Virus record (IMG/VR): IMGVR_UViG_3300042453_003033
Coordinates: 4,469-68,468 of that record
Length of the DNA stretch: 64,000 bases
Source: a virus
Direction: 5' to 3' (one strand)
Positions 9,606 through 19,721 of this stretch are shown here, piece after piece (the first letter of the stretch is position 1; each line of letters starts with the position of its first letter). The translations under genes were made by a program, and so were the position numbers. The notes beneath the pieces are model-generated. The model worked only from the letters and a program-made list of their open reading frames with translations. It did no database searches and was not told where the DNA came from.

Positions 9606-10855
9606 TGGCAAGTCAAATTAATTACAATATCATTGATGGCACATATCCTATCGCAGGACAGGATAATAGCAGTCAAGGATTTAGAGATAACTTTACTAAT
9701 ATTAAAAATAATTTCGAATCAGCATACGATGAAATTACGGATTTACAAAATAAAGTTTTATTAGCAAGTCCTTTAACAAATGGCACATTCAATAACAATA
9801 TGCAAGGCAATGTTATTACGAATGCGCAAATGCAAGGTATGCGTGAAAAATATTTCAATGTTGGCAATGCCGTGTCTGGGGCGATAAATGTTGACTTTAA
9901 CGTTGGTGCATTCCAAACAATGACACTAGCTGGATCTACCTCAATAAGTGGTTTTACTAGTTTTACCGCAACAAACGGAAGTTTTGCCAAAATCGTATTA
10001 CAAATTGTTGTATCAGACACATCCCATACTGTTACTATGCCAGCAACAGTGACCAGAGCATACGACATAGCAGGATACAATACAACTAGTAGGGTACTTA
10101 CTTTTGATGGTGCAGGAACTTTTACATATGAAATTGGCACTTATGACGGTGGCACAAATTTCTATTTAATTGACTTAACAAATAATAAAACCAGAGTCAT
10201 GGGAGGCAATTTAGTTGTAACCACTGCGGTGAGTGGTGTTGCAACTACTGGTATCACAATGACTGTTACTAATGTGGGTGGAGTTGCAATAGGCAATATT
10301 ACCGCAAATAACTTCATAGGTAATATGATTAGCTCCGGGACAAGTGCAACATTTACTGGAAACGTCACCGCCAACTATCTTATAGCAAATAGTGGCATAC
10401 AAGGTAATTTAACTACTGCTATTCAACCTAATGTGACATTGTTAGGTACATTGACCGCACTATCTGTGTCAGGCAATGCCAATGTAGGTAACTTAACTGT
10501 TAATGGAATAACCGATCTTTGCGGCGGCGATGCGTACGGCGTTGAATTAGTAACTGCCACAAATGGCGGTTCAACTGTTTTATCAAACGTCGCTGGCTTT
10601 GCTGTTATAAATCCAACAACATCAACAATCGCAACATATACCGTAATAATGCCTGCCAATCCAATGCAGGGACAAATGATGCGTATTTCATTTGCAAATA
10701 CTGTTACTACACTAACACATAGCGGCTCTGGTTCAGATACCGTATATGGCAGCTTAAATGGCACAACTGTCAACACTACAGTAGGTGGTAGTTGGATTTA
10801 TTTTGCCAATAGTGCTATCAACAGCGGTAATGGTGTTTGGTATAGAGTTGGCTAA
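9605..10855 (+). CDS. virion structural/tail fibre-like protein
   Basis: YPIAGQDNSSQGFRDNF N-terminus; T/G/N-rich beta-strand content. Confidence 0.65.
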   Translation: MASQINYNIIDGTYPIAGQDNSSQGFRDNFTNIKNNFESAYDEITDLQNKVLLASPLTNGTFNNNMQGNVITNAQMQGMREKYFNVGNAVSGAINVDFNVGAFQTMTLAGSTSISGFTSFTATNGSFAKIVLQIVVSDTSHTVTMPATVTRAYDIAGYNTTSRVLTFDGAGTFTYEIGTYDGGTNFYLIDLTNNKTRVMGGNLVVTTAVSGVATTGITMTVTNVGGVAIGNITANNFIGNMISSGTSATFTGNVTANYLIANSGIQGNLTTAIQPNVTLLGTLTALSVSGNANVGNLTVNGITDLCGGDAYGVELVTATNGGSTVLSNVAGFAVINPTTSTIATYTVIMPANPMQGQMMRISFANTVTTLTHSGSGSDTVYGSLNGTTVNTTVGGSWIYFANSAINSGNGVWYRVG

Positions 10856-10860
10856 TAGTC

Positions 10861-11355
10861 ATGCGACTCAGCGAAGTTTTAGATTTTAACGATCCTAATG
10901 CTAGATATCCATATACTACATCTTATCATGGTAGTACATTAGCAGCAGAATTTAATACCGAAAATAATCAAAAAATTATCGCTCTGATTGTAGTCTACGG
11001 TAAAAATATGTGGGATGTTAGTTTCGCACGAAATGGAATGTATTCATTAACCGGTGAGGGTAATCAATTTAAAATATTCAATACCATATTTCATTTTATT
11101 TTAATGGCAATACGGACATATTATGCTCCAAAGTACATAACATTCACTGCTAATAACAAAGAACGCGGACGAGTTAAATTCTATAACACGATCATACGAA
11201 AACTGGCACCGAGATATTTACCAGGATTTGTGTCAGTTTCTAATTCTGGATTAGAAAGAATTGCATTGCCAGGCAGACTCAAACGGTCAGCCGATTCAGA
11301 ATCTGGACAATTGTTTATTTTAAAAAACACTAAATTTACTAAACCAAATAATTGA
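10861..11355 (+). CDS. hypothetical protein, possibly head-packaged
   Basis: ORF beginning MRLSEV, like other xxxE-leader proteins here. Confidence 0.6.
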   Translation: MRLSEVLDFNDPNARYPYTTSYHGSTLAAEFNTENNQKIIALIVVYGKNMWDVSFARNGMYSLTGEGNQFKIFNTIFHFILMAIRTYYAPKYITFTANNKERGRVKFYNTIIRKLAPRYLPGFVSVSNSGLERIALPGRLKRSADSESGQLFILKNTKFTKPNN

Positions 11356-11380
11356 CAAGTTGACGATTCTATACTAAAAT
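11352..11380 (+). promoter_or_regulatory. sigma70-type promoter
   Basis: TTGACA-17 nt-TAAAAT, followed by AGGAG RBS. Confidence 0.7.
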
Positions 11381-11401
11381 TCTAAAACTTTAGGAGTAAG
11401 T

Positions 11402-11809
11402 ATGCAAATTGACTTAAATAAATATCAGGACTTCGTAGAAGCTGTTACCAGTAAGCCTAGCAAGGACGTTGCCGTACTGATTCAGCGTCTACACGATCTA
11501 TCTCAGGAACCCGATCTTAATATCAGTTTATTGATGACCGCTAGCATTGGTCTAGCAAGTGAGGGCGGAGAGTTCAGTGAGATTGTTAAGAAGATGGTAT
11601 TTCAGGGAAAGCCATTCAACGAAGACAATCGTTTTCACATGAAACGTGAACTAGGTGATATCATGTGGTATTGGGTTAATGCATGTCGTGCATTAGGATA
11701 CGATCCCAATGATGTTATCGCTGAGAACGTAAAGAAGTTAGAATCAAGATATCCTGGCGGCAAATTTGATGTTTATCACAGTGAAAACAGAATGGAGAAC
11801 GATCTATGA
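11402..11809 (+). CDS. MazG-like nucleoside triphosphate pyrophosphatase
   Basis: GLASEGGEFSEIVKK...RELGDIMWY...N..KL..RYP. Confidence 0.85.
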   Translation: MQIDLNKYQDFVEAVTSKPSKDVAVLIQRLHDLSQEPDLNISLLMTASIGLASEGGEFSEIVKKMVFQGKPFNEDNRFHMKRELGDIMWYWVNACRALGYDPNDVIAENVKKLESRYPGGKFDVYHSENRMENDL

Positions 11810-11943
11810 ATTTTGAACCAAAATTTAATTCTGTTACATATGAACTTTTAATGGAAGTTTATGAATACATGTGTGATGGTAGAATCTTTATAGCTAGAGA
11901 AAAGCTTGAACAACTTCTACAGATTGAAGTGGAGAAAAAATAA
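11806..11943 (+). CDS. small hypothetical protein (45 aa, not in ORF track)
   Basis: ATGA overlap with upstream stop; fills the gap exactly. Confidence 0.5.
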   Translation: MNFEPKFNSVTYELLMEVYEYMCDGRIFIAREKLEQLLQIEVEKK

Positions 11944-11944
11944 T

Positions 11945-12181
11945 ATGCATCCTTTAACTGAAGATTTATCTAAAATCAATGATCAAGAATTGTTTAAGAA
12001 AATATCTGATCTAACAAATTATTTGACACAAAGTTATCGTCTAGGTAATTATAGTGTAGTTGGTCAAATTCATATGCTACTTGATGACTACAACGCAGAA
12101 GCCAATCGTAGGCATCAGAAAACTCTAGAAGAAACAAATAAAAAGAACGAATCGTTGAAAGATTTAATTCAATCTAAATGA
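11945..12181 (+). CDS. hypothetical protein
   Basis: ORF; ATG start MHPLTEDL after GGAG. Confidence 0.65.
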   Translation: MHPLTEDLSKINDQELFKKISDLTNYLTQSYRLGNYSVVGQIHMLLDDYNAEANRRHQKTLEETNKKNESLKDLIQSK

Positions 12182-12693
12182 AATTTGATGAGTATGGCAG
12201 TGCATACGTATCGTCTAATGATTTATGCACTTTGTTATATAAAAAACCTGATTTGAATCTTGAAAACTTTCTGGTGGAAGACCCAGATCAATATAATCAT
12301 TCAGTTTCTAAGTTCTATCTTGATCTTACAACTTTAAAAAAATATAGTAAATTATCTAATGTATCAATTGAAGACTTTGATCTTAAAAATACAAGCAATT
12401 GGTACATGCCAGATGAATATAAAAAATTAGATATAGCTGAGTATATTGTAAATCTATGCACTAATGATATTGAATTATCTAGAGTCGCTGAAGAACTTAT
12501 TTTATTCCAAGAAAGAAATCTGTTTGACTTATTAAGATTTCTTAAATATATGGTAGATGTTTTCAAAGAGCACGACGTTGTTTATGGAATAGGTCGTGGT
12601 TCTAGCACTTCAAGTTATGTTTTATATTTACTAAATGTACATAAAATTAACAGCATTCAGTATGAGTTAGATATACGTGAATTCCTAAAATAG
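12178..12693 (+). CDS. DNA polymerase III alpha (DnaE)-like fragment
   Basis: RVAEEL...YMVD......GIGRGSSTSSYVLYLL.VHKIN.I.Y.L..EFL matches the DnaE GRGS region. Confidence 0.8.
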   Translation: MKFDEYGSAYVSSNDLCTLLYKKPDLNLENFLVEDPDQYNHSVSKFYLDLTTLKKYSKLSNVSIEDFDLKNTSNWYMPDEYKKLDIAEYIVNLCTNDIELSRVAEELILFQERNLFDLLRFLKYMVDVFKEHDVVYGIGRGSSTSSYVLYLLNVHKINSIQYELDIREFLK

Positions 12694-12702
12694 AGAGATA
12701 AA

Positions 12703-12897
12703 ATGCCAAAAATTTATAAAACTGCCCAAGGAAAAACTATTGATATGGATAGATTGCGTTTACTGCATGAAAAAGAACGTGCGGTTGGCAATATGGGTGT
12801 AAATGCTCAAGGTGATCAAGTTGATCAATATGGTAATATTATTAAGAAAAAAAATGATATAATTAAGGACAAATATAATCAACGAGGACAAAAATGA
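12703..12897 (+). CDS. hypothetical phage protein
   Basis: ORF with AVGNMGVNAQGD motif. Confidence 0.65.
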   Translation: MPKIYKTAQGKTIDMDRLRLLHEKERAVGNMGVNAQGDQVDQYGNIIKKKNDIIKDKYNQRGQK

Positions 12898-13301
12898 AAT
12901 TAAATAATCCGTTCGATACAACCATCAAATATCAATTTACAAACAAGATCAAGGGTATTATACCAATTAAAAATCATGTTATCGTGGCTGAAATGAATTT
13001 CGGCGAACGAAAATTATCTAGTGGACTCATTCTACTTGGAGATGACGCAAAATCTTCAGGCATCAGACCTCGTTGGGCAAAAGTATATGCTATAGGTCCT
13101 GAACAACATGACGTTGTTCCAGGTCAATGGATTTTGGTTGAGCATGGTCGTTGGACACGAGGCATAAACGTTGAAATCGATAACGTTGCATTTACAATCA
13201 GACGAGTCGATGCTGATGCTATTATGGCAGTATCGGATGAACAGCCAGATAGCGATGATATTCTTTCTTCAGCACTTTTAGTAGATCAAAAATCAAGATG
13301 A
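12894..13301 (+). CDS. GroES-like co-chaperonin
   Basis: PIKNHVIV...SSGLIL...VYAIGP...VVPG..ILV pattern. Confidence 0.8.
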   Translation: MKLNNPFDTTIKYQFTNKIKGIIPIKNHVIVAEMNFGERKLSSGLILLGDDAKSSGIRPRWAKVYAIGPEQHDVVPGQWILVEHGRWTRGINVEIDNVAFTIRRVDADAIMAVSDEQPDSDDILSSALLVDQKSR

Positions 13302-13480
13302 GCAAATCATATACTCTACCAGTAGAAACTGATCCTGATAACCCTGAAAATTTTATCATAACTTTTCCAGATGAATTGTTAGAAAGTGTCGGATGGAAAA
13401 TAGGTGATACTCTAATTTGGAATGTCGAGGACGATGGAACAATCATACTAAAGAAAAAAGATGATATTCAACAAAGTTAA
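13298..13480 (+). CDS. AbrB/MazE-like small DNA-binding protein
   Basis: IITFPDELLESVGWKIGDTL.W.V...GTIIL. Confidence 0.7.
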   Translation: MSKSYTLPVETDPDNPENFIITFPDELLESVGWKIGDTLIWNVEDDGTIILKKKDDIQQS

Positions 13481-13949
13481 AGAACTTAAGGAAAAAGGTC
13501 TAAAGATAGGCATTACATTTTCTACTTTTGATTTAGGACCACATGCCGGTCATATCGCAATGCTTTCAGAGGCAAAAAATCACTGCGATTATTTGATTGC
13601 AGGGTTACAAACTAATCCAACAATTGATCGTCCAGATACCAAAAATCGTCCAGTACAAAGTATAGTTGAACGACAAATTCAATTAGCCGCAACACGATAT
13701 GTAGATGAAATTATTGTTTACGAAACTGAAAAAGATTTAGAGGATATATTGCTAACACTGCCAATAGATGTTAGAATATTAGGTGTTGAATACGTAGACA
13801 AAAACTTTACTGGAAAAGAAATTTGTGCTAAGCGTAACATCAAACTCATATTTAATGAACGTGATCATAGCTTTAGTTCTAGTAATTTGCGCCGTCGTGT
13901 AGCACAAGCTGAATCTGAAAAAAATCATAGTACGTCTTCACATTTATAA
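13461..13949 (+). CDS. cytidylyltransferase (TagD-like, HxGH)
   Basis: TFDLGPHAGH, ER..QL....YVDE and FSSS motifs. Confidence 0.85.
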   Translation: MIFNKVKELKEKGLKIGITFSTFDLGPHAGHIAMLSEAKNHCDYLIAGLQTNPTIDRPDTKNRPVQSIVERQIQLAATRYVDEIIVYETEKDLEDILLTLPIDVRILGVEYVDKNFTGKEICAKRNIKLIFNERDHSFSSSNLRRRVAQAESEKNHSTSSHL

Positions 13950-13973
13950 ACTTTACAATAGACTGGAATTTAA

Positions 13974-14897
13974 ATGAAGAATTTATGGACCGAACTGTAT
14001 CGTCCAAAAACAGTAGGGGATTATGTTTTTACGGATGATACTACGAAAAAACAAGTAGAACAATGGATAGCTGAAAGAAATATTCCGCACCTACTGTTAT
14101 ATGGCCCTGCAGGCACAGGTAAAACCACACTCGCAAAAATTCTAATTAATGAATTAGAAATACATGACTATGATGTAATGCAAGTCAATGCAAGTCGTGA
14201 TAACGGTGTTGATTTTATTAAAACCAAGATTGAAGGTTTTATCAGCACAATGCCATTCGGCGAACTTAAAATTGTCTTACTAGATGAGGCAGATTATCTA
14301 AGTCCAAACGCGCAAGGTCTGCTACGTGGTCTAATTGAAGAATATCAAGCACAGGCTAGATTCATACTAACATGTAATTTAGCACATAAGATAATTCCGC
14401 CACTTAAGAGCAGATGTTATGAATTACATATCGATAAAACTGATCAAACAGAATTCACTGCCCGTGCTGCAACAGTATTGGTCAATGAAAGTATAGAATT
14501 TGATTTGGAAACACTTGACACATATGTCAAAGTAACTTATCCAGATTTAAGAAAATGTTTGAATCTCTTACAGAGTAATTCAAATACAGGTAAGCTTTTA
14601 AATCCCAAAGAAAACGATACTGGAACTACAGATTACAAATTTGCGTTAGTAGATTTGATTAAGGCCAGAAAGCTACGAGATGCACGAAAGTTACTATGTT
14701 CTCAAGTTCGACCAGATGAAATGGAAGAACTATTCAGATGGTGTTATGATAATCTACAATTGTGGAGCGCCAGCGATGAAGGCCAAGACGAAGCTATTTT
14801 AGTTATTCGAAAAGCACTAGTAAATCATAGTTTAGTCGCAGATCCAGAAATAAACATTAGTGCAATGATGGTGGAATTGTCTCAAATTGAAAAATAA
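13974..14897 (+). CDS. clamp loader ATPase subunit (RFC/gp44-like)
   Basis: W.E.YRP, GPAGTGKT, NAS, LDEAD and SRC motifs. Confidence 0.92.
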   Translation: MKNLWTELYRPKTVGDYVFTDDTTKKQVEQWIAERNIPHLLLYGPAGTGKTTLAKILINELEIHDYDVMQVNASRDNGVDFIKTKIEGFISTMPFGELKIVLLDEADYLSPNAQGLLRGLIEEYQAQARFILTCNLAHKIIPPLKSRCYELHIDKTDQTEFTARAATVLVNESIEFDLETLDTYVKVTYPDLRKCLNLLQSNSNTGKLLNPKENDTGTTDYKFALVDLIKARKLRDARKLLCSQVRPDEMEELFRWCYDNLQLWSASDEGQDEAILVIRKALVNHSLVADPEINISAMMVELSQIEK

Positions 14898-15192
14898 AAA
14901 AGATTTATATTTGATTGCGTTTTATGTATTAAAACCAATTGATCCCAAAATGACCAAAGTTAAGGGATACATGTCAGATCCTGCTAACGTATACTTTGAT
15001 GAGACCGTGAACATCACTCGTGGACTAAAGCCGTCCGATCATATAAATTCTAAGATAGTTCTAAATTTATCAAAAAAAGAAGTTGTTAAAAACACATTAG
15101 ATTCAAAAACTTCGTGGGATGAGTTACTATTGTACTTTGAAGATGGGTATGGTAAGTATATAAATACTGTATTAAATAAGGACTCAACATGA
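14887..15192 (+). CDS. hypothetical protein
   Basis: ORF with TTG start overlapping the clamp-loader end. Confidence 0.6.
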   Translation: MKNKKDLYLIAFYVLKPIDPKMTKVKGYMSDPANVYFDETVNITRGLKPSDHINSKIVLNLSKKEVVKNTLDSKTSWDELLLYFEDGYGKYINTVLNKDST

Positions 15193-15428
15193 GTTTGAAT
15201 ATGTATACTAAGCCAAAAAAGAAAAGGGAAGTTGATCCTAATGCTCCACCACGTCCTACACTACTGGGTCACGAAAAAGAAATGAAAGTTTGGCGAGAGC
15301 AATTTGGAAAACTTGCAAACACTAATACAGAACAAGCAATTGAATTATCCTTTCTTAAAAGAAAAATGAATAGAATGCAGGGTCAAATTGATGCTCTTGT
15401 TTCACGCCAAAATAGAACGGCTCGTTAA
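15189..15428 (+). CDS. hypothetical protein
   Basis: ORF with AAGGA RBS; coiled coil. Confidence 0.65.
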   Translation: MSLNMYTKPKKKREVDPNAPPRPTLLGHEKEMKVWREQFGKLANTNTEQAIELSFLKRKMNRMQGQIDALVSRQNRTAR

Positions 15429-15440
15429 TTGAACCGTTCT
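15414..15440. terminator. hairpin between convergent genes
   Basis: AGAACGG...CCGTTCT inverted repeat. Confidence 0.5.
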
Positions 15441-15451
15441 ACTGGATCTTT

Positions 15452-16186
15452 TTAAGCAATCTCCTTATAAATTTTCAATATCTCTAGTACCGCAGGATGT
15501 CGTTGGATATCCTTGCCAGTCAACTCTATACCGCTGACATACATGCAATTAGCATAGCGTTCGACTAATTGTTTAAAGTCTAATAATCCATTGTCCGGAT
15601 CTTTTCTATCTGCTTGTTTTGTGTCACCCGTGACAATCATTTTGCTACCTTCACCTAATCTAGTCAATAACATTTTCATTTGATTAGGTGTTGCATTTTG
15701 CATTTCATCAGCAATTATCCATGAATTTTTAAAAGTCCTTCCTCTCATAAATGCTAGTGGAGATATCTCTATTATTTGTTCGTCTAGCATTCTTACAATG
15801 TCTTTTTTATCATAGTATTCAGAAAGTACATCGAAAAGAGGACGTGTCCATGGTTCCATTTTCTGATTTAAATCACCAGGTAAAAAGCCATGACGTTCGT
15901 CGTCTACTCCAACAGCGGGTCGTGTTAAAACTATTTTTGTAATTTCTCCTTCTTTTAAAGCTTTAATACCAGCCAACATCGCTAACATAGTTTTACCTGT
16001 GCCTGCCGGACCAGTTGCAAATACTATTAGTTTAGATGGATCTGTTAGTAAATTTATATAAGTTTCTTGATTGAGTGTTTTTGGTAATAAATGTACTTGT
16101 CGTTTCTTTGTGTAATATGAACTTAGACTAACTACATTATTTTCTATCGCTTGTGCTTGAAATTCCCTACGATTTCTCTTTGACAA
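15452..16186 (-). CDS. phoH: PhoH-family ATPase
   Basis: GPAGTGKT, TRPAV, GFLPG, LAFMRGRTF, DEMQN, LTRLG and GD..Q.D motifs. Confidence 0.95.
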   Translation of the reverse strand: MSKRNRREFQAQAIENNVVSLSSYYTKKRQVHLLPKTLNQETYINLLTDPSKLIVFATGPAGTGKTMLAMLAGIKALKEGEITKIVLTRPAVGVDDERHGFLPGDLNQKMEPWTRPLFDVLSEYYDKKDIVRMLDEQIIEISPLAFMRGRTFKNSWIIADEMQNATPNQMKMLLTRLGEGSKMIVTGDTKQADRKDPDNGLLDFKQLVERYANCMYVSGIELTGKDIQRHPAVLEILKIYKEIA

Positions 16187-16376
16187 AGTTTTCTCCTATC
16201 TTATAGAGTTGTTGTGAGACTGCTCACAACATTATTTAAACACATTAAAATATGTTAAAAAACGTATATTAGAAACTTTTTTCTGTACTAAATATTAAGT
16301 TAACCGCATCATTTTTTTAGGATAATGGATTCTTCTTTTGTTAAATCAATGATAAATAAAATAAAACACTAACAAA

Positions 16377-16952
16377 ATGGCTGCCGATCTTAAAAGTATA
16401 TTAACTAACACCAAAAATGTATACATGTCTGATAGTAATTTAAACACACTATTGGACTATGAACGTGTACTAGATGAATTTGATCTATATACATTCAAAC
16501 ATTGGAAATTAGGCGAGCTAGTTGAAGGTCCAACATACGAAAAGTACTTTGTCACTTGTAAATGGATGTATCCTTATAGAAAAATGCCTGATCCTTCTGG
16601 CGGCAAGAGATTATTGGATTATGGCTGTGAAATATCTTACGAAAAAGATACCTATGAATATCCAGTTGAAGTAAAAAGCCCTGATGATTTTAAACCTGGC
16701 ACCAAAGTTCCTAGACTAGTAAGTAAGCCAGTATGGGTCGTTACTATAACTATGCCAAAACGTTTAATGAGTGATATAGAACGTGGAAGTATTGAATTAG
16801 AAAATGAAACATTAAATGCCGAAGATATCGAAGACGCATACGAAGAGGGATTAGATGACGATACAGGCAATGAGAATAACAAGGTAGAAAACAATGTCGC
16901 AGCACCAGCACCAGAACAAATTCCAGGACAACCACCCGCACCAACTTTATGA
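16377..16952 (+). CDS. hypothetical phage protein (late, acidic tail)
   Basis: ORF preceded by TAAATA motif. Confidence 0.75.
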   Translation: MAADLKSILTNTKNVYMSDSNLNTLLDYERVLDEFDLYTFKHWKLGELVEGPTYEKYFVTCKWMYPYRKMPDPSGGKRLLDYGCEISYEKDTYEYPVEVKSPDDFKPGTKVPRLVSKPVWVVTITMPKRLMSDIERGSIELENETLNAEDIEDAYEEGLDDDTGNENNKVENNVAAPAPEQIPGQPPAPTL

Positions 16953-17496
16953 AGGTCTAGAACACGGCGATTTAGCCAGATTAGTTCATAACAAACTTCA
17001 TATTGATGAATTCAGAAGTAAAATGGGCGAAGACGCTGATATACTTGTTCTAAGTATTAAAACTGTAGAGAAAAAAGCAGCAGAAGATTTAATGAACTTT
17101 ATCGAGCGCGGTTACGAATGGGTGCTAGATGCAGATATAAGTACTGGCGAATTAGATGACGGCGATTATTTAGTGTTCGTAGAATTAGAAAGAACTCCAG
17201 CTGCCGCTGAACATATCGTAGAACTCATTGAGGATATCATAAATCTAACTAAACAAAAAATATCAGACTGGCATTTTCAATATCAAAAGAACGACAAAGA
17301 ATATCCATTACTTAAACGATTTATACGTCAGGTAGTACCATTAACACCAGATCAGTATATAGAAAAGTATGACGCTGATGAAATGTTCGATAAAGAAATC
17401 GAACAGATGAAAGAATCTGCTAGGATTTCAATAAAAAAGAAAGCACAAGTAAATGATTATACTAACAAACTTAGAGAGTTGGCTAGAATACTCTAA
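16894..17496 (+). CDS. hypothetical phage protein
   Basis: ORF overlapping the upstream gene by 59 nt; exact start uncertain. Confidence 0.7.
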   Translation: MSQHQHQNKFQDNHPHQLYEGLEHGDLARLVHNKLHIDEFRSKMGEDADILVLSIKTVEKKAAEDLMNFIERGYEWVLDADISTGELDDGDYLVFVELERTPAAAEHIVELIEDIINLTKQKISDWHFQYQKNDKEYPLLKRFIRQVVPLTPDQYIEKYDADEMFDKEIEQMKESARISIKKKAQVNDYTNKLRELARIL

Positions 17497-17548
17497 GTTT
17501 ATTTTTATAATCACTTAATAAATATCCGAGTAGTAATAAGGATATTTT

Positions 17549-18193
17549 ATGGCTACTCAATTTAGCTTTGATTTTACACTAAATCATCTTAAACAAATCG
17601 TATCAAACAATCCGCATATAGGTGATTGGTATAACGCATTAGTTGCTATATTACCAGAATACGACATTGAAACCGAGCATAGAGTTGCTGCATTTATAGC
17701 ACAGTGTGCTCATGAATCTGGTAATTTTAGATTTATCACTGAGAATTTAAATTATAAATGGCAATCGCTAAGAAAAGTATTTCCTAAGTATTTCCCAGAC
17801 GATGCAATTGCACAGCAATATGCAAACATGCCAAATCGCCAAGAAGCAATAGCCAATCGTGTATATGCAAATCGTATGGGAAATGGATCAGAAGCAAGTG
17901 GTGATGGTTTTAAGTACAGAGGCAGAGGACTAATACAACTTACTGGTAAGACGAACTATGAAAATTATGCCATGAGTTTAGAAATCGATGTTGATGAAGC
18001 AGTAGAACATCTTAAAACATTTGAAGGGTGTGTTCAAAGTGCTGCCTGGTTCTGGGATGAAAATAAGCTAAACACGTTTGCGGATCGTAAAGATATTGTT
18101 ACATTGAGTAAACGTATAAACGGCGGTACAATAGGACTAGAGGACAGAATTAAACATTATAATCATGCACTACATGTCTTAGGAGTGGATTAA
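17549..18193 (+). CDS. glycoside hydrolase family 19 endolysin
   Basis: FIAQCAHESG.F...ENLNY, YRGRGLIQLTGK.NY, INGG.IGL.DR. Confidence 0.92.
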   Translation: MATQFSFDFTLNHLKQIVSNNPHIGDWYNALVAILPEYDIETEHRVAAFIAQCAHESGNFRFITENLNYKWQSLRKVFPKYFPDDAIAQQYANMPNRQEAIANRVYANRMGNGSEASGDGFKYRGRGLIQLTGKTNYENYAMSLEIDVDEAVEHLKTFEGCVQSAAWFWDENKLNTFADRKDIVTLSKRINGGTIGLEDRIKHYNHALHVLGVD

Positions 18194-18696
18194 TGTGGCT
18201 ACTACACATGCTGCCTATTTCAATTATTGAATATATAGTTAACTCTATACTAATTATAGGCATCACACTTACTGTACTTAGTTTTGTATTTTTATCTCCT
18301 ATACTTAGACTTTTACCAGCTATTGCTGGTTATTATAGATTAATTCAAATCATTAGTATAGTCATATTGTGTGCTGGTATATATGTAAAAGGTGGTTATA
18401 GCACAGAAAAAATGTGGCGTGATAGAGTGCAGGAAATGGAAGAAAAGTTAAAGATAGCTGAGGCAAAATCTGAAGAAGTAAATGATGTAGTTAAAGAAAA
18501 AATAGTGTATAAGAATACAATCATAAAACAAAAAGGTGATGAGATAATCAAATACATTGATAGAGAAGTAATTAAAAAAGAAGAAGTTGTTAAATTTTTA
18601 GAAGTTTGCCCTATACCCGTAGATATAATAAAACTTCACAATGAAGCAACTAGAATTAATATTCTACTTGAAGAAGCAAATAAGGCAAAGAAATGA
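18193..18696 (+). CDS. inner-membrane spanin (Rz-like)
   Basis: N-terminal TM helices then coiled coil; sits between endolysin and lipoprotein. Confidence 0.65.
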   Translation: MWLLHMLPISIIEYIVNSILIIGITLTVLSFVFLSPILRLLPAIAGYYRLIQIISIVILCAGIYVKGGYSTEKMWRDRVQEMEEKLKIAEAKSEEVNDVVKEKIVYKNTIIKQKGDEIIKYIDREVIKKEEVVKFLEVCPIPVDIIKLHNEATRINILLEEANKAKK

Positions 18697-18956
18697 AATA
18701 CATTCTGTTAGTCTTACCTCTATTATTGTCTGGCTGCTTTACAACTGTGCCAGTCAAACAAAAATTCCCAAATGCTCCTGCAATTCTATTAGAGCGTTGT
18801 CCTCAGTTAATGGAGTTGCCTGAAGATCAAAATAATATAAAAAACTTTATGGGTATCGTAATACAAAATTACGGAACTTATTATCAATGTGCTGAAAAAG
18901 TACAAGGATGGCAAGAGTGGTATAAAGAAAACCAAAAAATTATGAATGGAAAATAA
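18693..18956 (+). CDS. outer-membrane lipoprotein spanin (Rz1-like)
   Basis: Lipobox LLSGC; Pro-rich; two further Cys. Confidence 0.75.
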   Translation: MKYILLVLPLLLSGCFTTVPVKQKFPNAPAILLERCPQLMELPEDQNNIKNFMGIVIQNYGTYYQCAEKVQGWQEWYKENQKIMNGK

Positions 18957-18958
18957 AA

Positions 18959-19438
18959 ATGAGTAATTCTAAAAAAGAAAAAGAAAAAGAAGACTGGATG
19001 CAAAGAAAATGGCGTCCGATGATGGCCGTAATGTATATGGTCGTGTGTATTTTTGATTTCATTTTATTTCCTATAATGTTCACTATCGTACAATTCTGGG
19101 AAGTTGAAGCTGTCAACGATGCATTCAGACAATGGCAGCCACTGACTCTTATAGGAGCTGGTTTATTTCACATGGCTATGGGAGCAGTGTTAGGCATATC
19201 AGCATGGAGCAGAGGACAGGAAAAAATAGCAGGTGTAGCAGCTACACCTAATGCACCAGCGGCGCCAGCGGCACCATTGGGATTGTCCATGTCACCAAGT
19301 ATGACTCCTAGCGTTCCTACTCAGTCATTTGCGCCCGCACCAATGATGCCTGCAAGTCGTTCTGACACTTATACTCAACCTCAAACTGATTACAAGGGCA
19401 GAAAACTTGTGCCAGATCAAGAATTTCCAGAAAGGTAA
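18959..19438 (+). CDS. putative holin (3TM/GTA-type)
   Basis: WRPMMA..Y TM segment; LGISAWSRGQEK; lysis-cassette context. Confidence 0.7.
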   Translation: MSNSKKEKEKEDWMQRKWRPMMAVMYMVVCIFDFILFPIMFTIVQFWEVEAVNDAFRQWQPLTLIGAGLFHMAMGAVLGISAWSRGQEKIAGVAATPNAPAAPAAPLGLSMSPSMTPSVPTQSFAPAPMMPASRSDTYTQPQTDYKGRKLVPDQEFPER

Positions 19439-19444
19439 ATTATT

Positions 19445-19657
19445 ATGAAACTACAAACTTTATTACTTAGTGCAGCATTAATGTTACCACTATCACTATA
19501 TGCTGAACCAACGACAAAAAAAGTATGCACGGATGTTAAAGATAAAAATGGTCAAGTTGTAAAAACTAAAGACGGCAAAGCTAAACAAACATGCAAGGAA
19601 ATCAAAGTTAGAAAGAAAGTTGAAGGTAAAGACGTACCTGATACTGCTAAAAAGTAA
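19445..19657 (+). CDS. small secreted protein
   Basis: Signal peptide, two Cys, Lys-rich. Confidence 0.65.
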   Translation: MKLQTLLLSAALMLPLSLYAEPTTKKVCTDVKDKNGQVVKTKDGKAKQTCKEIKVRKKVEGKDVPDTAKK

Positions 19658-19675
19658 AACAATTTATTGAAACAG

Positions 19676-19705
19676 AAAAAGGGCAGTTGACTTCTGCCCT
19701 TTTTT
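19676..19705. terminator. bidirectional intrinsic terminator
   Basis: AAAAAGGGCAG-ttgactt-CTGCCCTTTTTT. Confidence 0.85.
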
Positions 19706-19715
19706 ACTTTATAAT
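19687..19715 (+). promoter_or_regulatory. sigma70-type promoter embedded in the terminator
   Basis: TTGACT-17 nt-TATAAT; ATG lies 6 nt after the -10 box. Confidence 0.7.
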
Positions 19716-19721
19716 GTACAA

